A stretch of 64,000 nt of DNA from an uncultured Candidatus Saccharibacteria bacterium (GCA_964509645.1 CAZDXV010000001.1:15890-79889); one strand, 5' to 3'. Counted from the stretch's first letter, positions 1 to 10,070 are shown. The notes: generated by a model from the sequence alone, not told the origin. Translations and numbers: made by a program.

Positions 1-1
1 A

Positions 2-382
2 GCTTTTAAACTTCAGGATGAGGTTCAGTGCCGATATACAGGAGGTACTGTTTTGCACGGATTTTTAGGAGAAAGAATAAATGATCCTGAAATGGCCAAA
101 GCTCTAGTTAAAAAGATTGCTGAAAAATTCCATCTGCCTTACTTTACTCTTACTCCCACCTTTTCTATTTGCCCTACTCACGGATATATTTCAGGAGAGC
201 ATTTTTACTGCCCCAAATGCGCAATTGAGCAGCCCTGCGAAGTTTACTCGAGAATAGTAGGATATATTAGGCCCGTTCAGCAGTGGAATACGGGAAAGAA
301 GCAGGAGTTCAAAGAAAGAAAAGAGTTTAAAGTAAAAGAAGTTTCTAAGAAAAAATCTCAACAGAAGAAAATTCTGTCTTAA
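2..382 (+). CDS. nrdD: anaerobic ribonucleoside-triphosphate reductase (class III), C-terminal fragment; 5' end lies outside the window
   Basis: Frame open from base 2. C-terminal Cys cluster CPKC...C and RIVGYIRPVQQWNTGKKQEFKERKEF, the glycyl-radical C-terminus typical of NrdD. Followed directly by the NrdG activase. Confidence 0.75.
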   Translation, partial: AFKLQDEVQCRYTGGTVLHGFLGERINDPEMAKALVKKIAEKFHLPYFTLTPTFSICPTHGYISGEHFYCPKCAIEQPCEVYSRIVGYIRPVQQWNTGKKQEFKERKEFKVKEVSKKKSQQKKILS

Positions 383-431
383 TGTTTAGAAAAATATTAG
401 TTTTTACTCCGCTTGCCCGCGGAGTTTTTAT

Positions 432-1124
432 ATGAAAATAGGAGGTCTTCAAAAAAACACTTTAATAGATTATCCGGGTCTGATAGCCTGTACAGTTTTT
501 CTTTCTGGCTGCAACTTAAGATGTCCTTGGTGCTATTCTTCAGAGCTGGTTTTGCCGGAAAAAATAGAAAAACAACCGGAAATATCTAAAAAGGAGTTTT
601 TCTCTTTTTTAAAGGAAAGGAAGGGGCTTTTGGAGGGTGTTGTTGTCTGCGGAGGGGAGCCCACAACAAACAAAGAACTCCCTTCTTTTTTGAGGAGCAT
701 AAAAGAAATGGGTTTTAAAACAAAGCTTGACAGCAACGGGACGAATCCAAGTGTTTTAAAAGATTTAATAGATAAGAAGCTACTGGATTATATTGCAATG
801 GATGTAAAGCTTCCAAAAGAAAAATACCAAGAGGTTTTGGGTGTAGATCCTGAAAAAATAGACAAAAGTATTTCTATTTTAAAAGAAGGCAAAGTAGATT
901 ATGAGTTCAGAACAACTGTTGTTCCGGGCGTGCTTAAAAAAGAAGATGTTGTTGGAATCGCTCAATGGATAAAAAGAGCTAAAAAATATTATATCCAAAA
1001 CTTTAGGGCGGAAAAAACAATTGATCCTTCTTTTGAAGAAATAGAACCTTATTCTACGGAGTATTTAAAAGCCATAGAAGATATTGTCTGCCCTTGGTTC
1101 GAACTGTGCCAGATTCGTGACTAA
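432..1124 (+). CDS. nrdG: anaerobic ribonucleotide reductase activating protein (radical SAM)
   Basis: CNLRCPWC radical-SAM cysteine motif near the N-terminus, ~230 aa, immediately downstream of nrdD. Confidence 0.8.
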   Translation: MKIGGLQKNTLIDYPGLIACTVFLSGCNLRCPWCYSSELVLPEKIEKQPEISKKEFFSFLKERKGLLEGVVVCGGEPTTNKELPSFLRSIKEMGFKTKLDSNGTNPSVLKDLIDKKLLDYIAMDVKLPKEKYQEVLGVDPEKIDKSISILKEGKVDYEFRTTVVPGVLKKEDVVGIAQWIKRAKKYYIQNFRAEKTIDPSFEEIEPYSTEYLKAIEDIVCPWFELCQIRD

Positions 1125-2505
1125 ATCAAAAACTCTTTTTTATCTTTCTTTAGCTTTTATTTTGGGATTGTTTTTGTCTTTGAAGTTCAATTTTCCTTTT
1201 GTGGTTTTTCTTCCTTTGCCCTTTTTGTTTTTTAAAAAACCCTCTTTGGCTATTATTGTTCTTTTTTTGCTTTTAGGCCTTTGGCGGGGATCTTTTGATT
1301 ATCATCAGGAAATAGAAAAATACCAAGGAAAAGAGGCGCTTTTAAAGGGCAGAATATCCAAAGAGCCCGATGTAAGAGAAAATAATACAAAACTTGAAAT
1401 AGAGACAGAGCAAGGAAAAGTTTTAGCTACAGTTTCTAAGTTTTCAGATTACAGCTTTGGAGATAAAGTGGAGTTTAGGGGAAAGATTTTAGCTCCTCCT
1501 GTTTTTGAAAGTTTTAATTACAAAGATTACTTGAAAAAGGATGGTATTTCTTCTGTTGTTTATTATCCCGATATAAAACTGCTGGAAAAAGGATCTTCTT
1601 TTTACAATAAGATCCTTTCTTTGAAAGAAAGAATGAGAAACGTTCTTTACGACAATCTTTCTCCTCCTCACAGCTTCGTGCTTGGAGCCATGGTTTTAGG
1701 AGATAAATCAAGAATGCCAGATTATTTAAAGGAAAAACTGAACAGATCAGGCCTTAGGCATATTACGGCAGTATCCGGGTTTCATATAGTGGTTTTATCG
1801 GGTATTCTAATGTCTTTTCTTCTGGCCTTAGGCTTTTGGCGGGGCCAGGCATTTTATCTTTCTTTTGCGGTTATGTTTCTTTTTGTAGTTTTTGTGGGAT
1901 TTCATGCTTCAGCTGTAAGAGCGGGTTTAATGGCAGCAGCTTTTTTATTAGCAGAGAAGCTGGGAAGAAAGGGATCTGGGTCAAGGATCTTAGTTTTTAT
2001 TGCGGCTTTAATGCTTCTTTTTAATCCTTTTTTACTTTTGTATGACGCCGGATTTCAGCTTTCTTTTCTGGCTGTTCTGGGAATTATTTTTTTCAACTCC
2101 TTTTTCAAGGATTTATTTTCTTTTCTCCCTTCCTTTTTTAAGGAGATTACGGCTGTGACTTTTTCAGCTCAGGTTTTCACTTTGCCTCTTTTGATTTACC
2201 AGTTCGGAACCTTTTCTTTAGCCACTCCTCTTTCCAACCTTTTTGTTCTTCCTATAGTTTATTGGATTATGATTTTGGGGTTTGTTTTTCTTTTTTTGGG
2301 TTTACTTTCCTCTTCTTTGGCTTTTATCCTTTCTTTTCCTTGTTTTATTCTCTTGTCCTATCTTTCTTTCGTGGCAGATATTTTTTCTCGCTTCTTTTTT
2401 TCCGGTCTTAAGATCCATTGGATATGGCTTTTGGCTTTTTATCTTTTTCTTTTCTTTCTCGCCTTTATTTTGAGAAAAAAGAAATTAAGCTTTCTGAGAT
2501 ATTAA
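1084..2505 (+). CDS. ComEC/Rec2-family DNA internalization channel protein (competence domain only, no beta-lactamase domain)
   Basis: Polytopic membrane protein with LRHITAVSGFHIVVLSGIL, the ComEC competence-domain signature. Annotated start overlaps the nrdG 3' end by 41 nt, so the true start may be a downstream or alternative codon. Confidence 0.65.
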   Translation: MSALGSNCARFVTKSKTLFYLSLAFILGLFLSLKFNFPFVVFLPLPFLFFKKPSLAIIVLFLLLGLWRGSFDYHQEIEKYQGKEALLKGRISKEPDVRENNTKLEIETEQGKVLATVSKFSDYSFGDKVEFRGKILAPPVFESFNYKDYLKKDGISSVVYYPDIKLLEKGSSFYNKILSLKERMRNVLYDNLSPPHSFVLGAMVLGDKSRMPDYLKEKLNRSGLRHITAVSGFHIVVLSGILMSFLLALGFWRGQAFYLSFAVMFLFVVFVGFHASAVRAGLMAAAFLLAEKLGRKGSGSRILVFIAALMLLFNPFLLLYDAGFQLSFLAVLGIIFFNSFFKDLFSFLPSFFKEITAVTFSAQVFTLPLLIYQFGTFSLATPLSNLFVLPIVYWIMILGFVFLFLGLLSSSLAFILSFPCFILLSYLSFVADIFSRFFFSGLKIHWIWLLAFYLFLFFLAFILRKKKLSFLRY

Positions 2506-2521
2506 ATTTAAGATATAATAT

Positions 2522-3793
2522 ATGAATATGAAGAAAAAAGCTTGGGTAGTGGGCGTTAATATGGGTTACGGACATCAAAGAACGGTTCATCCATTAAGGG
2601 ATATAGCTTACGAAGGGAAAATTTTAAACGCCAACGACTATCCTAAAATTCCAAAAAAAGACAAGAGAATCTGGGTTAATACTAGAAGATTTTATGAGTT
2701 TGTTTCCAGATTAAAAGATCTTCCTTTAATAGGGAACTTTCTTTTTTCGCTTTATGACAAGCTTCAGAAAATACCCGAGTTCTATCCTAGAAGAGATCTT
2801 TCCAAGCCCATTTTAAGCATTAAGAAGATTTTTTCTACTATCGAAAAGGGATGGGGGAGAGATTTTATTGAAAGACTAAAAAAGCGCCCTCTACCCTTTG
2901 TATCCTCATTTTTTGTATCTTCTTTTATGGCAGAGGAGTTTAACTATCCAAAAAATATTTATTGTATAATATGCGATGCTGATGTTTCTAGGAGCTGGGT
3001 TTCTCTTGACCCCGAGAAAAGCAGGATAAAATACTTTGCGCCCAATAACTGGGTAGTCAACAGGTTAAAGCTTTACGGAGTTAAAGATAAAAATATACAT
3101 CTTACAGGCTTCCCTCTTCCCAAGGAAAATGCCAAAAAAGTTAAGAAAGATTTGGGCATAAGAATTGTAAAGCTCGATCCCTCAGGAGAGTACAGAGAAA
3201 AATACAGCCCCTTAATCAGAAAGTATTTGGGCAGAATTCCTTCTTCTGTTTCCCGTCCTATTACCATTCTTTTTTCAATAGGGGGAGCCGGAGCCCAAAA
3301 GGAAATGGCTTTTAAATTTGTTAAAAGTCTTTCCGATAAGATAAAGAGGGGGGAAATAAAGGTTTTTCTTTCTGCCGGAATTAGAGAAGAGGTAAGGAAT
3401 TATTTTGCCAGAGAGCTTGAGAAGGAAGGCCTAAAAGATTCTGAATTTGCTGAAATTATTTTTGATAAAGATATATGGGACTATTTTGGTAGGTTTAACA
3501 AGGCATTAAGAGAGACAGATATTCTTTGGACAAAGCCCTCAGAACTCTCTTTTTATACGGCTTTGGGTCTCCCCATGCTTTTAGCTCCTCCCATCGGATC
3601 TCAAGAGGATTTTAATAGGAAGTGGCTTTTAAGCTTGGGTTCTGGTGTTTTGCAAGAGAACCCAAAATATGCTGACCAATGGCTTATAGATTATTTAAAA
3701 AGCGGGAGGTTTGCGGAAGCTGCCATGAGGGGCTTTATATCCGCTGAAACCGAAGGAAGCTATAATATTGAAAAAATATGCTTTGGATCTTAA
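2522..3793 (+). CDS. GT-B fold glycosyltransferase, MGDG-synthase/MurG-like (GT28-like C-terminal domain)
   Basis: C-terminal ILWTKPSELSFYTALGLPMLLAPPIGSQEDFNRKWLLSLGSGV resembles the Glyco_tran_28_C donor-binding region. N-terminal GVNMGYGHQR loop. Confidence 0.4.
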   Translation: MNMKKKAWVVGVNMGYGHQRTVHPLRDIAYEGKILNANDYPKIPKKDKRIWVNTRRFYEFVSRLKDLPLIGNFLFSLYDKLQKIPEFYPRRDLSKPILSIKKIFSTIEKGWGRDFIERLKKRPLPFVSSFFVSSFMAEEFNYPKNIYCIICDADVSRSWVSLDPEKSRIKYFAPNNWVVNRLKLYGVKDKNIHLTGFPLPKENAKKVKKDLGIRIVKLDPSGEYREKYSPLIRKYLGRIPSSVSRPITILFSIGGAGAQKEMAFKFVKSLSDKIKRGEIKVFLSAGIREEVRNYFARELEKEGLKDSEFAEIIFDKDIWDYFGRFNKALRETDILWTKPSELSFYTALGLPMLLAPPIGSQEDFNRKWLLSLGSGVLQENPKYADQWLIDYLKSGRFAEAAMRGFISAETEGSYNIEKICFGS

Positions 3794-4683
3794 TTATAAT
3801 CTCAGCCTATTTTCTTTTTTCTATTAATTCTTTAGGGGACCGCTACCTTCTTATAGGTTCTCCCAATCCCAAAAACTACTCTTTTTACGTAGGAGTTCTC
3901 GGAGTTTTAGCGGTTGCTTTGATTCCTTTTGTGAGTTTTTCTTTAATTTCTTTTCTAGAACTTTTGCTTTGCTTTTTAGCCGGAGCTGTCTTTGTTCTCT
4001 TTATCTTCTCTATTTTTACCGGGCTGGAAAAATACGAAGCTGCTACCGTCGTACCCGCTTTCGGAGGCCTTCTTCCCGTTTTTACTTTTGCTTTAACTTT
4101 TTTCTTTTCCGGGGGAAATACGGTTCTAGGGGGCTGGAATCTTGTCTCCTTCTTTGTTTTGATTATTGGCAGCTTCTTGATTACCAGAGATCCGGTAAAA
4201 GAGTTTTCTTTGGGAGCTTTAAAAATTGCTTTTGTTATAGCTTTGTCTGCTTCCCTTTATTTTCTTTTGGCAAAATATGTTTATCTCCTTTTAGGTTTTT
4301 GGACAGGGTTTATCTGGATGAGAATAGGAACATTTTTAACGGCGTTGCTCTTTATCTTTTTTAAAGATGTAAGAGAAGATATTTTCAGGAAAAAGCCTGC
4401 CTTTAACAAAAAAACAGGATCTCTTTTTCTTTTTATCCAGCTTATCGGAGCCCTGGCTTTTGTTCTTCAGAACTGGGCGGTTGATTTGGCGGGCATGGTT
4501 TTTCTGCCTGTAATCAACGCTTTAATGGGAATTCAGTACGTATTTTTGTTTCTTTTCTCTTTTCTTCTTTCCTTTAAGTATCCCAGAATTTTAAAAGAGA
4601 AGATTTCAAAGAAAAAGGTCTTAAGAAAAGCTTTGGCTATATTTCTGATAGCCGGAGGATTAGTTTTGCTGTCCCTAAAATGA
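3778..4683 (+). CDS. polytopic membrane protein (~10 TM; possible DMT/EamA-like transporter)
   Basis: Hydrophobic throughout with two similar halves; no catalytic motif recognised. Confidence 0.35.
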   Translation: MLWILIIISAYFLFSINSLGDRYLLIGSPNPKNYSFYVGVLGVLAVALIPFVSFSLISFLELLLCFLAGAVFVLFIFSIFTGLEKYEAATVVPAFGGLLPVFTFALTFFFSGGNTVLGGWNLVSFFVLIIGSFLITRDPVKEFSLGALKIAFVIALSASLYFLLAKYVYLLLGFWTGFIWMRIGTFLTALLFIFFKDVREDIFRKKPAFNKKTGSLFLFIQLIGALAFVLQNWAVDLAGMVFLPVINALMGIQYVFLFLFSFLLSFKYPRILKEKISKKKVLRKALAIFLIAGGLVLLSLK

Positions 4684-5711
4684 AGATTTTAAAAAACAGC
4701 TTAATTATTTTTTTATTCTGTCTTGTTGCAGGCCTTCTTTTATCAGGATATATTTTTAAAGAAAAGGACGATATTATTATAGAAAAAGATCTTTTGGAAA
4801 ACCTTTCTTTGGAACAGAAAATAGGGCAGCTTTTTATAATAGGAATAGAGGGCAAAGAATTAGACGAGAAAACTGAGCGTTTGATGCGGGAAGTAAAGCC
4901 CGGAGGGATTCTTCTTCTAGGAAGAAACATTGAGAATAAAGAACAGCTCAAAAAGCTTGTTTCCTCTCTTCAAGAGATCTCGTTAGCTGAGACAGGTTTT
5001 CCTCTTTTTGTGGCAGCAGATCAAGAAGGAGGATTAATTTCCCGCCTTTCTTGGGTAGAAAGCACTCCCCAGTCTGAAGTTGGAGATGGGTATGAAACAG
5101 GACTTTTAAGGGGAAAGCAGTTAAAAGATTCAGGTGTTAATTTAAACTTGGCTCCTCTAGTGGAGAAAGCTTTTCTTTCCGACTTTATTTACGAGAGATC
5201 TTTTCAGGCAGAAGACAGGGAAGCTATCGAGAAAGCCTCAGGCCTGGTTAAGGGACAGAAGGAAGCCGGAATCCTAACCTGCGTTAAGCATTTTCCGGGA
5301 TACACAGGGATTGATTTTAATCCAGAAGAAGATTTAGCTTTTAAAGAAAAGATTCCTTCTCTTCATCGTTTTAGAGAGGTTTTAAAAGAAGGTCCTGAGA
5401 TGGTAATGATTTCCAACGCTGTTTACGGAGATGAAATTTTTTCAAAAAACGTTTTTAATCTTTTGAATTCAGATCTTGTTGTGATAACGGACGATTTATC
5501 TCAAAACTCTCTTTTAAAGGAGCTTTCTTTGAAAGAGATCGTGGTTTCTCCTTTTTTGGCAGGATCCGACATCCTTCTTTTTTCCGGCTGGAGATCTCCC
5601 GTAAAAGAGGGGATTGAGGTTTTTAAAGAAGCCTTTGAGGAAGGGAAGATTGCAGAAGAAAGGATTGATTCTTCTGTTTTAAAAATACTAGAATTAAAAA
5701 ATGAAATTTAA
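4680..5711 (+). CDS. glycoside hydrolase family 3 N-terminal domain protein (beta-N-acetylhexosaminidase NagZ-like)
   Basis: KIGQLFIIGIEG...FPLFVAADQEGGLISRL...KHFPGYTG motifs of GH3/NagZ. N-terminal TM anchor. Confidence 0.7.
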   Translation: MKILKNSLIIFLFCLVAGLLLSGYIFKEKDDIIIEKDLLENLSLEQKIGQLFIIGIEGKELDEKTERLMREVKPGGILLLGRNIENKEQLKKLVSSLQEISLAETGFPLFVAADQEGGLISRLSWVESTPQSEVGDGYETGLLRGKQLKDSGVNLNLAPLVEKAFLSDFIYERSFQAEDREAIEKASGLVKGQKEAGILTCVKHFPGYTGIDFNPEEDLAFKEKIPSLHRFREVLKEGPEMVMISNAVYGDEIFSKNVFNLLNSDLVVITDDLSQNSLLKELSLKEIVVSPFLAGSDILLFSGWRSPVKEGIEVFKEAFEEGKIAEERIDSSVLKILELKNEI

Positions 5712-6690
5712 AACAGTTTTTGTCATATTTTTATTTCTAGTTTTAGGTTTTATTATTTTCTTTTTTATAGGTTTTTCTGAAAAAGAAGAAGATATTTTGT
5801 GGGGAGTCAGCTTTTCTGAAAAGCATTCTTCTCAGATGGGTTTTGATTGGAAGAAAAATTATTCATCTTTGCTGGACGATTTAAATATTAAAAGAATTAA
5901 AGTAGCGGCTCACTGGGATCTTTTAGAGCCAGAGAAAGACGAATTCTTTTTTGACAATCTGGATTGGCAGATTAAAGAAGCGGAAAAAAGGGGAGCTAAG
6001 GTTATGCTGATTTTAGGGATAAAGACCTCTAGATGGCCTGAATGCCATATTCCTTCCTGGGTTTTAAAGCTTGAAGAGCAAGAACAAAAAGAACGAGTTT
6101 TAAACTTAATAGAAAAGACAGTTTCAAGGTATAAAAAAGAGGAAGCTGTTTGGGCTTGGCAGGTAGAAAACGAGCCCTTTTTCCGTTTCGGAGAATGCCC
6201 CTGGGAGATAGACGAGGATTTTTTGAAAAAAGAGATAGCCAGAGTTAAGTTCTTCGACTCCTTAAAAAGACCTGTTGTTGTTTCAGAGTCCGGCGAGTTT
6301 TCTTTTTGGTTTAAGGCAGCTAAGCTTGGTGATGTTGTTGGGACTACTCTTTACAGAAAGGTCTGGTCGGATCAGCTAAAAAGACATTTTACCCATATTT
6401 TTCCTCCTCTGTTTTATTCCAGAAAAGCTTCTCTTGTTAATTGGCTTTTCGGCAAAAAAGTTATTTGCGTTGAAATGCAGGCAGAACCTTGGGGACCCAG
6501 GCTTTTATATGATTCTCCCTTAGAAGAGCAGTTAAAAAGCATGGATCTTAACCAGCTAAAAGAAAATATATCTTTTGCTAAAAAAACAGGCTTTAAAGAG
6601 ATTTATCTATGGGGAGGAGAGTGGTGGTATTGGATGAAAGAAAGGGGAGACCCCCGTTTTTGGGAGGAAATTAAAAGATTAACAGAATAA
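5701..6690 (+). CDS. secreted/anchored TIM-barrel glycoside hydrolase (GH5/GH42-like)
   Basis: N-terminal TM, then WQVENEPF (catalytic-acid NEP motif of clan GH-A hydrolases). Confidence 0.45.
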   Translation: MKFKTVFVIFLFLVLGFIIFFFIGFSEKEEDILWGVSFSEKHSSQMGFDWKKNYSSLLDDLNIKRIKVAAHWDLLEPEKDEFFFDNLDWQIKEAEKRGAKVMLILGIKTSRWPECHIPSWVLKLEEQEQKERVLNLIEKTVSRYKKEEAVWAWQVENEPFFRFGECPWEIDEDFLKKEIARVKFFDSLKRPVVVSESGEFSFWFKAAKLGDVVGTTLYRKVWSDQLKRHFTHIFPPLFYSRKASLVNWLFGKKVICVEMQAEPWGPRLLYDSPLEEQLKSMDLNQLKENISFAKKTGFKEIYLWGGEWWYWMKERGDPRFWEEIKRLTE

Positions 6691-6718
6691 GTTTATCTTT
6701 TTTAAAAGATAATGTATA

Positions 6719-7429
6719 GTGAACTTGATGTTAAGCATTGTCATACCTTCTTTAAATGAAGAAAAAGAACTTTCTTCTCTGCTAGACTCCATTAAAGCTC
6801 AGGGCTTTTCAGATTATGAGATAATTTTAGCTGACGCAGGATCCAGAGATAAAACCCTTGATATTGCCAAAGAGTACGGGTGTAAAATAATCAAAGGGGG
6901 CCTTCCTGCTCAAGGAAGGAATAAAGGAGCTTCTGTTTCTTCGGGAGAAATTATCCTTTTTCTTGACGCTGACGTAGTTTTGCCTCCCGCTTTTCTGAGT
7001 TCCGCTTTAAAGGAGTTTAAAAAGAGAAAGCTTGATATCGCTTCCTTTAATTTGCTTCCTAAAAAAAGAGGTTCTTTTCTTTTTAATTTTTTCTATAATC
7101 GGCCCATGATTTTCTTGGAAAAAGTTCTGCCTCATGCCGCTATGGGAATTTTAGTTAAAAAAGATGTTTTTGAGAAAATAGGAGGGTTTGACGAAACAAT
7201 AAAAATGGCAGAAGATCATGAATTTGCCAGGAGAGGAAAAAAAATAGCTAGCTACGGGGTAATAAGGTCTGTTCCTCTTTTTGTATCCGAAAGAAGATTT
7301 GAAAAAGAGGGCTGGATTAAAACAGCTTTAAAGTATCTGTTTTACGAGCTTTACACTATCTTTATAGGACCTATAAAATCGGACAAGGTTGCAAATCTTG
7401 ACGACTATTTTAAAAACAGAAAGAAATAA
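6719..7429 (+). CDS. family 2 glycosyltransferase
   Basis: LSIVIPSLNEE...DYEIILADAGSRDKT...FLDADV, the GT2 DXD architecture. Confidence 0.75.
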   Translation: MNLMLSIVIPSLNEEKELSSLLDSIKAQGFSDYEIILADAGSRDKTLDIAKEYGCKIIKGGLPAQGRNKGASVSSGEIILFLDADVVLPPAFLSSALKEFKKRKLDIASFNLLPKKRGSFLFNFFYNRPMIFLEKVLPHAAMGILVKKDVFEKIGGFDETIKMAEDHEFARRGKKIASYGVIRSVPLFVSERRFEKEGWIKTALKYLFYELYTIFIGPIKSDKVANLDDYFKNRKK

Positions 7430-7446
7430 GTTATAATAATATAATT

Positions 7447-8730
7447 ATGTACGAACTCCCCGTTTTTAAAAAAAAGAAATCTTCTTTAAAAAAACTTAAA
7501 AAAAAGAAAACTGTTCTTTTTGCCTTTTTGATTATTATATTTTCTTCTGTTTTCGGTTTTGGAGCAGGAGTTCTTTCTATCTATTATTTTGTTCCCCAAT
7601 CTAGAGATATTATCGGGAAAGATTTGGGCATTCCTAGAATAGTGGAAAAGGAGACCGTAATAGAATATGTTCCTCAGACCACCCACGAGGAAGCTATTAT
7701 CCAATCTGTTAAGGAAGTATCTCCTGCGGTAGTAAGCATTGTTATTTCAAAAGATGTTCCTGTGATAGAAAGAAGAATTGAAGAGTTTGGCCCTTTTGAG
7801 ATAGAAGTTCCAGAACAAAAAGGGTTTGAAAGACAGGAGATCGGAGGAGGAACCGGATTTATTGTTTCAGAAGAGGGGCTGGTTCTTACTAATAAGCACG
7901 TTGTTCTAGATGAGGAAGCAGAATATACTGTTTTTTTTAAAAACGGAGATAGGTATCCTGCCAGGGTCTTGGCTAAAGATCCTTTTCAGGATATAGCTGT
8001 TCTTAAGATAGCTCAGGAAGAAAGGGTAAATGAAAAAGGAGAGATTACCAGAGAAAAGTTTCCTACAGTAAAACTAGGAGATTCTGACAGCTTGAAAATG
8101 GGGCAGACAGTAATAGCCATAGGAAATGCTTTGGGAGAATTTAAAAACACGGTTTCTGTGGGGGTTGTTTCCGGCTTGGGAAGAACTGTTACAGCTTCTG
8201 GCGGAGATTTTGTGGAAACTTTAGAGAATGTTATTCAGACAGACGCCGCTATTAACAGGGGAAACTCAGGAGGGCCTCTTTTGAATCTTAACAAAGAAGT
8301 AATAGGAATAAATACAGCAATGGTTAATCAGGCTCAAAGCATAGGTTTTGCTATTCCAATCAACAAAGCTAAAAGAGACATAGACCAAGTTCAAAAACAG
8401 GGGAAAATTGTCTATCCATTTTTAGGGGTACGCTACACCTTAATTACAGAAGAAATTAAAGAGTTAGAAGAACTTCCAATTGATTACGGAGCTTTGATTG
8501 TAGCAGGTTCACAGGGAGAACCTGCTGTAGTGGAAGACTCTGCTGCTAGCAGAGCGGACCTTAAAGAAGGAGATATTATTTTGAGAATAAACGGAGAAGA
8601 GATTAGACAAGAAAATTCTTTGGGAGATCTTGTAAGGTTATACAACCCGGGAGAAAGGATAACTTTAAGGATTTTAAGAAACGGACAGGAATTTGATCAG
8701 GACATAATTTTAGGAGAGAAGAGCGGATAA
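7447..8730 (+). CDS. htrA: HtrA/DegP-family serine endoprotease with C-terminal PDZ domain
   Basis: GTGFIVSEEGLVLTNKHVV (His region), D in FQDIAVLKI, GNSGGPLLN (catalytic Ser), C-terminal PDZ-like segment. N-terminal TM anchor. Confidence 0.85.
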   Translation: MYELPVFKKKKSSLKKLKKKKTVLFAFLIIIFSSVFGFGAGVLSIYYFVPQSRDIIGKDLGIPRIVEKETVIEYVPQTTHEEAIIQSVKEVSPAVVSIVISKDVPVIERRIEEFGPFEIEVPEQKGFERQEIGGGTGFIVSEEGLVLTNKHVVLDEEAEYTVFFKNGDRYPARVLAKDPFQDIAVLKIAQEERVNEKGEITREKFPTVKLGDSDSLKMGQTVIAIGNALGEFKNTVSVGVVSGLGRTVTASGGDFVETLENVIQTDAAINRGNSGGPLLNLNKEVIGINTAMVNQAQSIGFAIPINKAKRDIDQVQKQGKIVYPFLGVRYTLITEEIKELEELPIDYGALIVAGSQGEPAVVEDSAASRADLKEGDIILRINGEEIRQENSLGDLVRLYNPGERITLRILRNGQEFDQDIILGEKSG

Positions 8731-8776
8731 TTTTGAGTTCTTTTTAAATAAAGCTCTTTCAAAAAAGGAGAAAAAA

Positions 8777-9403
8777 ATGAAAAACGCGTCAAAACTTGCT
8801 GTGTTTTGCTGGGAAGTTTGCATTTTTTTGGTCTTATTCTTTGCTCTTTGGTGGTTTTTCATTTCGGCAGAAATAATAGAGCCGGTGGAAGAGATTACGA
8901 TAAACGAAAAATCTTTTAGAATGCCATTTGTATTTTCTCGATGGCTGGATTTTATTGCCCTTTCTTTTTTCTGGTTGATTCCTCTTTCTGCTTTGGTATT
9001 TTTTCAGAAACTGGAAGACGAGGTAGCCTTAAGGGATTTCGGTATCGTTATGGGGATTATGATGGCCATACTCTCTTTCAGCCTTTTTTTTCTGGTAGAG
9101 AACCCCTTTATTTTCATAGCTTTCTTTGCTTTGATTTTTCCCTTTCTGTTTGCTTTTTTAACTAGGTTTCTTTACGGAGAGATGGGTCTTTCCTGGAACA
9201 TGAATCTGAGGTTTTCCGTAACATTCCTTATTGTTCCCGGATTTTGTTGGGGCTTTCCTTTTATGATTCTTTTTTTTGTAGGCTCCTGGGTCGTCTTTCT
9301 TGCTGGAATCTGTCTGGATCTTTTAATCCGTGGAGTGAAAGCTTTAAGACTGATTATTCAATATGGAAAGGACTGGAGAAACTATTCTTCTTTGATGGTC
9401 TAA
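8777..9403 (+). CDS. hypothetical polytopic membrane protein
   Basis: Long ORF, several predicted TM helices, no recognisable motif. Confidence 0.35.
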   Translation: MKNASKLAVFCWEVCIFLVLFFALWWFFISAEIIEPVEEITINEKSFRMPFVFSRWLDFIALSFFWLIPLSALVFFQKLEDEVALRDFGIVMGIMMAILSFSLFFLVENPFIFIAFFALIFPFLFAFLTRFLYGEMGLSWNMNLRFSVTFLIVPGFCWGFPFMILFFVGSWVVFLAGICLDLLIRGVKALRLIIQYGKDWRNYSSLMV

Positions 9404-9408
9404 GTTAA

Positions 9409-9437
9409 AGAGCTTCAGGTTTTAACTGAAGCTCTTT
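9409..9437 (+). terminator. intrinsic terminator-like hairpin after the membrane protein gene
   Basis: agagcttcag / ctgaagctct 10-bp inverted repeat with 7-nt loop, followed by a T-rich stretch. Confidence 0.5.
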
Positions 9438-9441
9438 CTAT

Positions 9442-9469
9442 TTGACATTATTTTTAAAAAGAGTATACT
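9442..9469 (+). promoter_or_regulatory. sigma70-like promoter upstream of the PilZ gene
   Basis: TTGACA, 16-nt spacer, TATACT. Confidence 0.4.
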
Positions 9470-9511
9470 TTGTAATTAGGTATCTAAGAACTCTAAATAA
9501 GGAGAGAAGAC

Positions 9512-9844
9512 ATGCTGCGATCGCAAGAAAGAGGAGAATCTCATTTTTTTCAGGGTGATTTTGTTTTAGAAGGACAGGGGGGTTTGAAGGATATTTCCGT
9601 GGGAGGGGCCTGCATTAAAGTGACTCACCCTCTTCCCGTGGGAAAGATTATTAGTCTGGAGATTAAGCTGCCAGAAGAATCTTTTAGTGCGCAATCTGAG
9701 GTGAGATGGTGCTCAAAAGAGGGAACAGACTATTTAGTTGGGCTTCAGTTTATGGACCTTGAAGAAAAAGAGAAGGAAATCATCCAGGTCTTAGTTTCTG
9801 TTCTTAAAAAATTAACCTCCGCAAAAAATCCGGAGGTAAATTAA
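9512..9844 (+). CDS. stand-alone PilZ-domain protein (predicted c-di-GMP receptor)
   Basis: N-terminal RSQER (RxxxR) and DISVGGA (D/NxSxxG), the two c-di-GMP-binding signatures of PilZ domains. Confidence 0.65.
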   Translation: MLRSQERGESHFFQGDFVLEGQGGLKDISVGGACIKVTHPLPVGKIISLEIKLPEESFSAQSEVRWCSKEGTDYLVGLQFMDLEEKEKEIIQVLVSVLKKLTSAKNPEVN

Positions 9845-9898
9845 AGCACAAGGGACACCCCCCTTGAGCTTTTTCCCCCGGAGTCAACCCTTCGGGAA

Positions 9899-9930
9899 GG
9901 CCCCTCACTACTAAATGAGGGGCTTTTATT
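9899..9930 (+). terminator. rho-independent terminator
   Basis: gcccctca-N8-tgaggggc stem followed by TTTTATTT. Confidence 0.6.
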
Positions 9931-10070
9931 TGACATTTTTTTTAGGAGGAATAAAATAATTACAGGAAGTTGTTTCAAACCGCTTTCACGAAGGCGGCTT
10001 GAAACAGCTTCTTTGCGGAGAAGAGCTGTTTTTTTTAAGGTTCTTTTACATTAAGGATGGGAGAGAAAAA

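Noticed and set aside
533-736. Minus-strand and alternate-frame small ORFs inside confident genes (e.g. 533-736, 1489-1711, 3969-4364, 11028-11375, 12015-12491, 18824-19039 KKRKK-rich, 26498-26716 poly-Ser, 27077-27406)
   Set aside because: All are embedded in strongly supported + strand CDSs and are low-complexity or mirror translations of repeats (poly-Ser is the antisense of the poly-Asp/Glu tract). Judged spurious.
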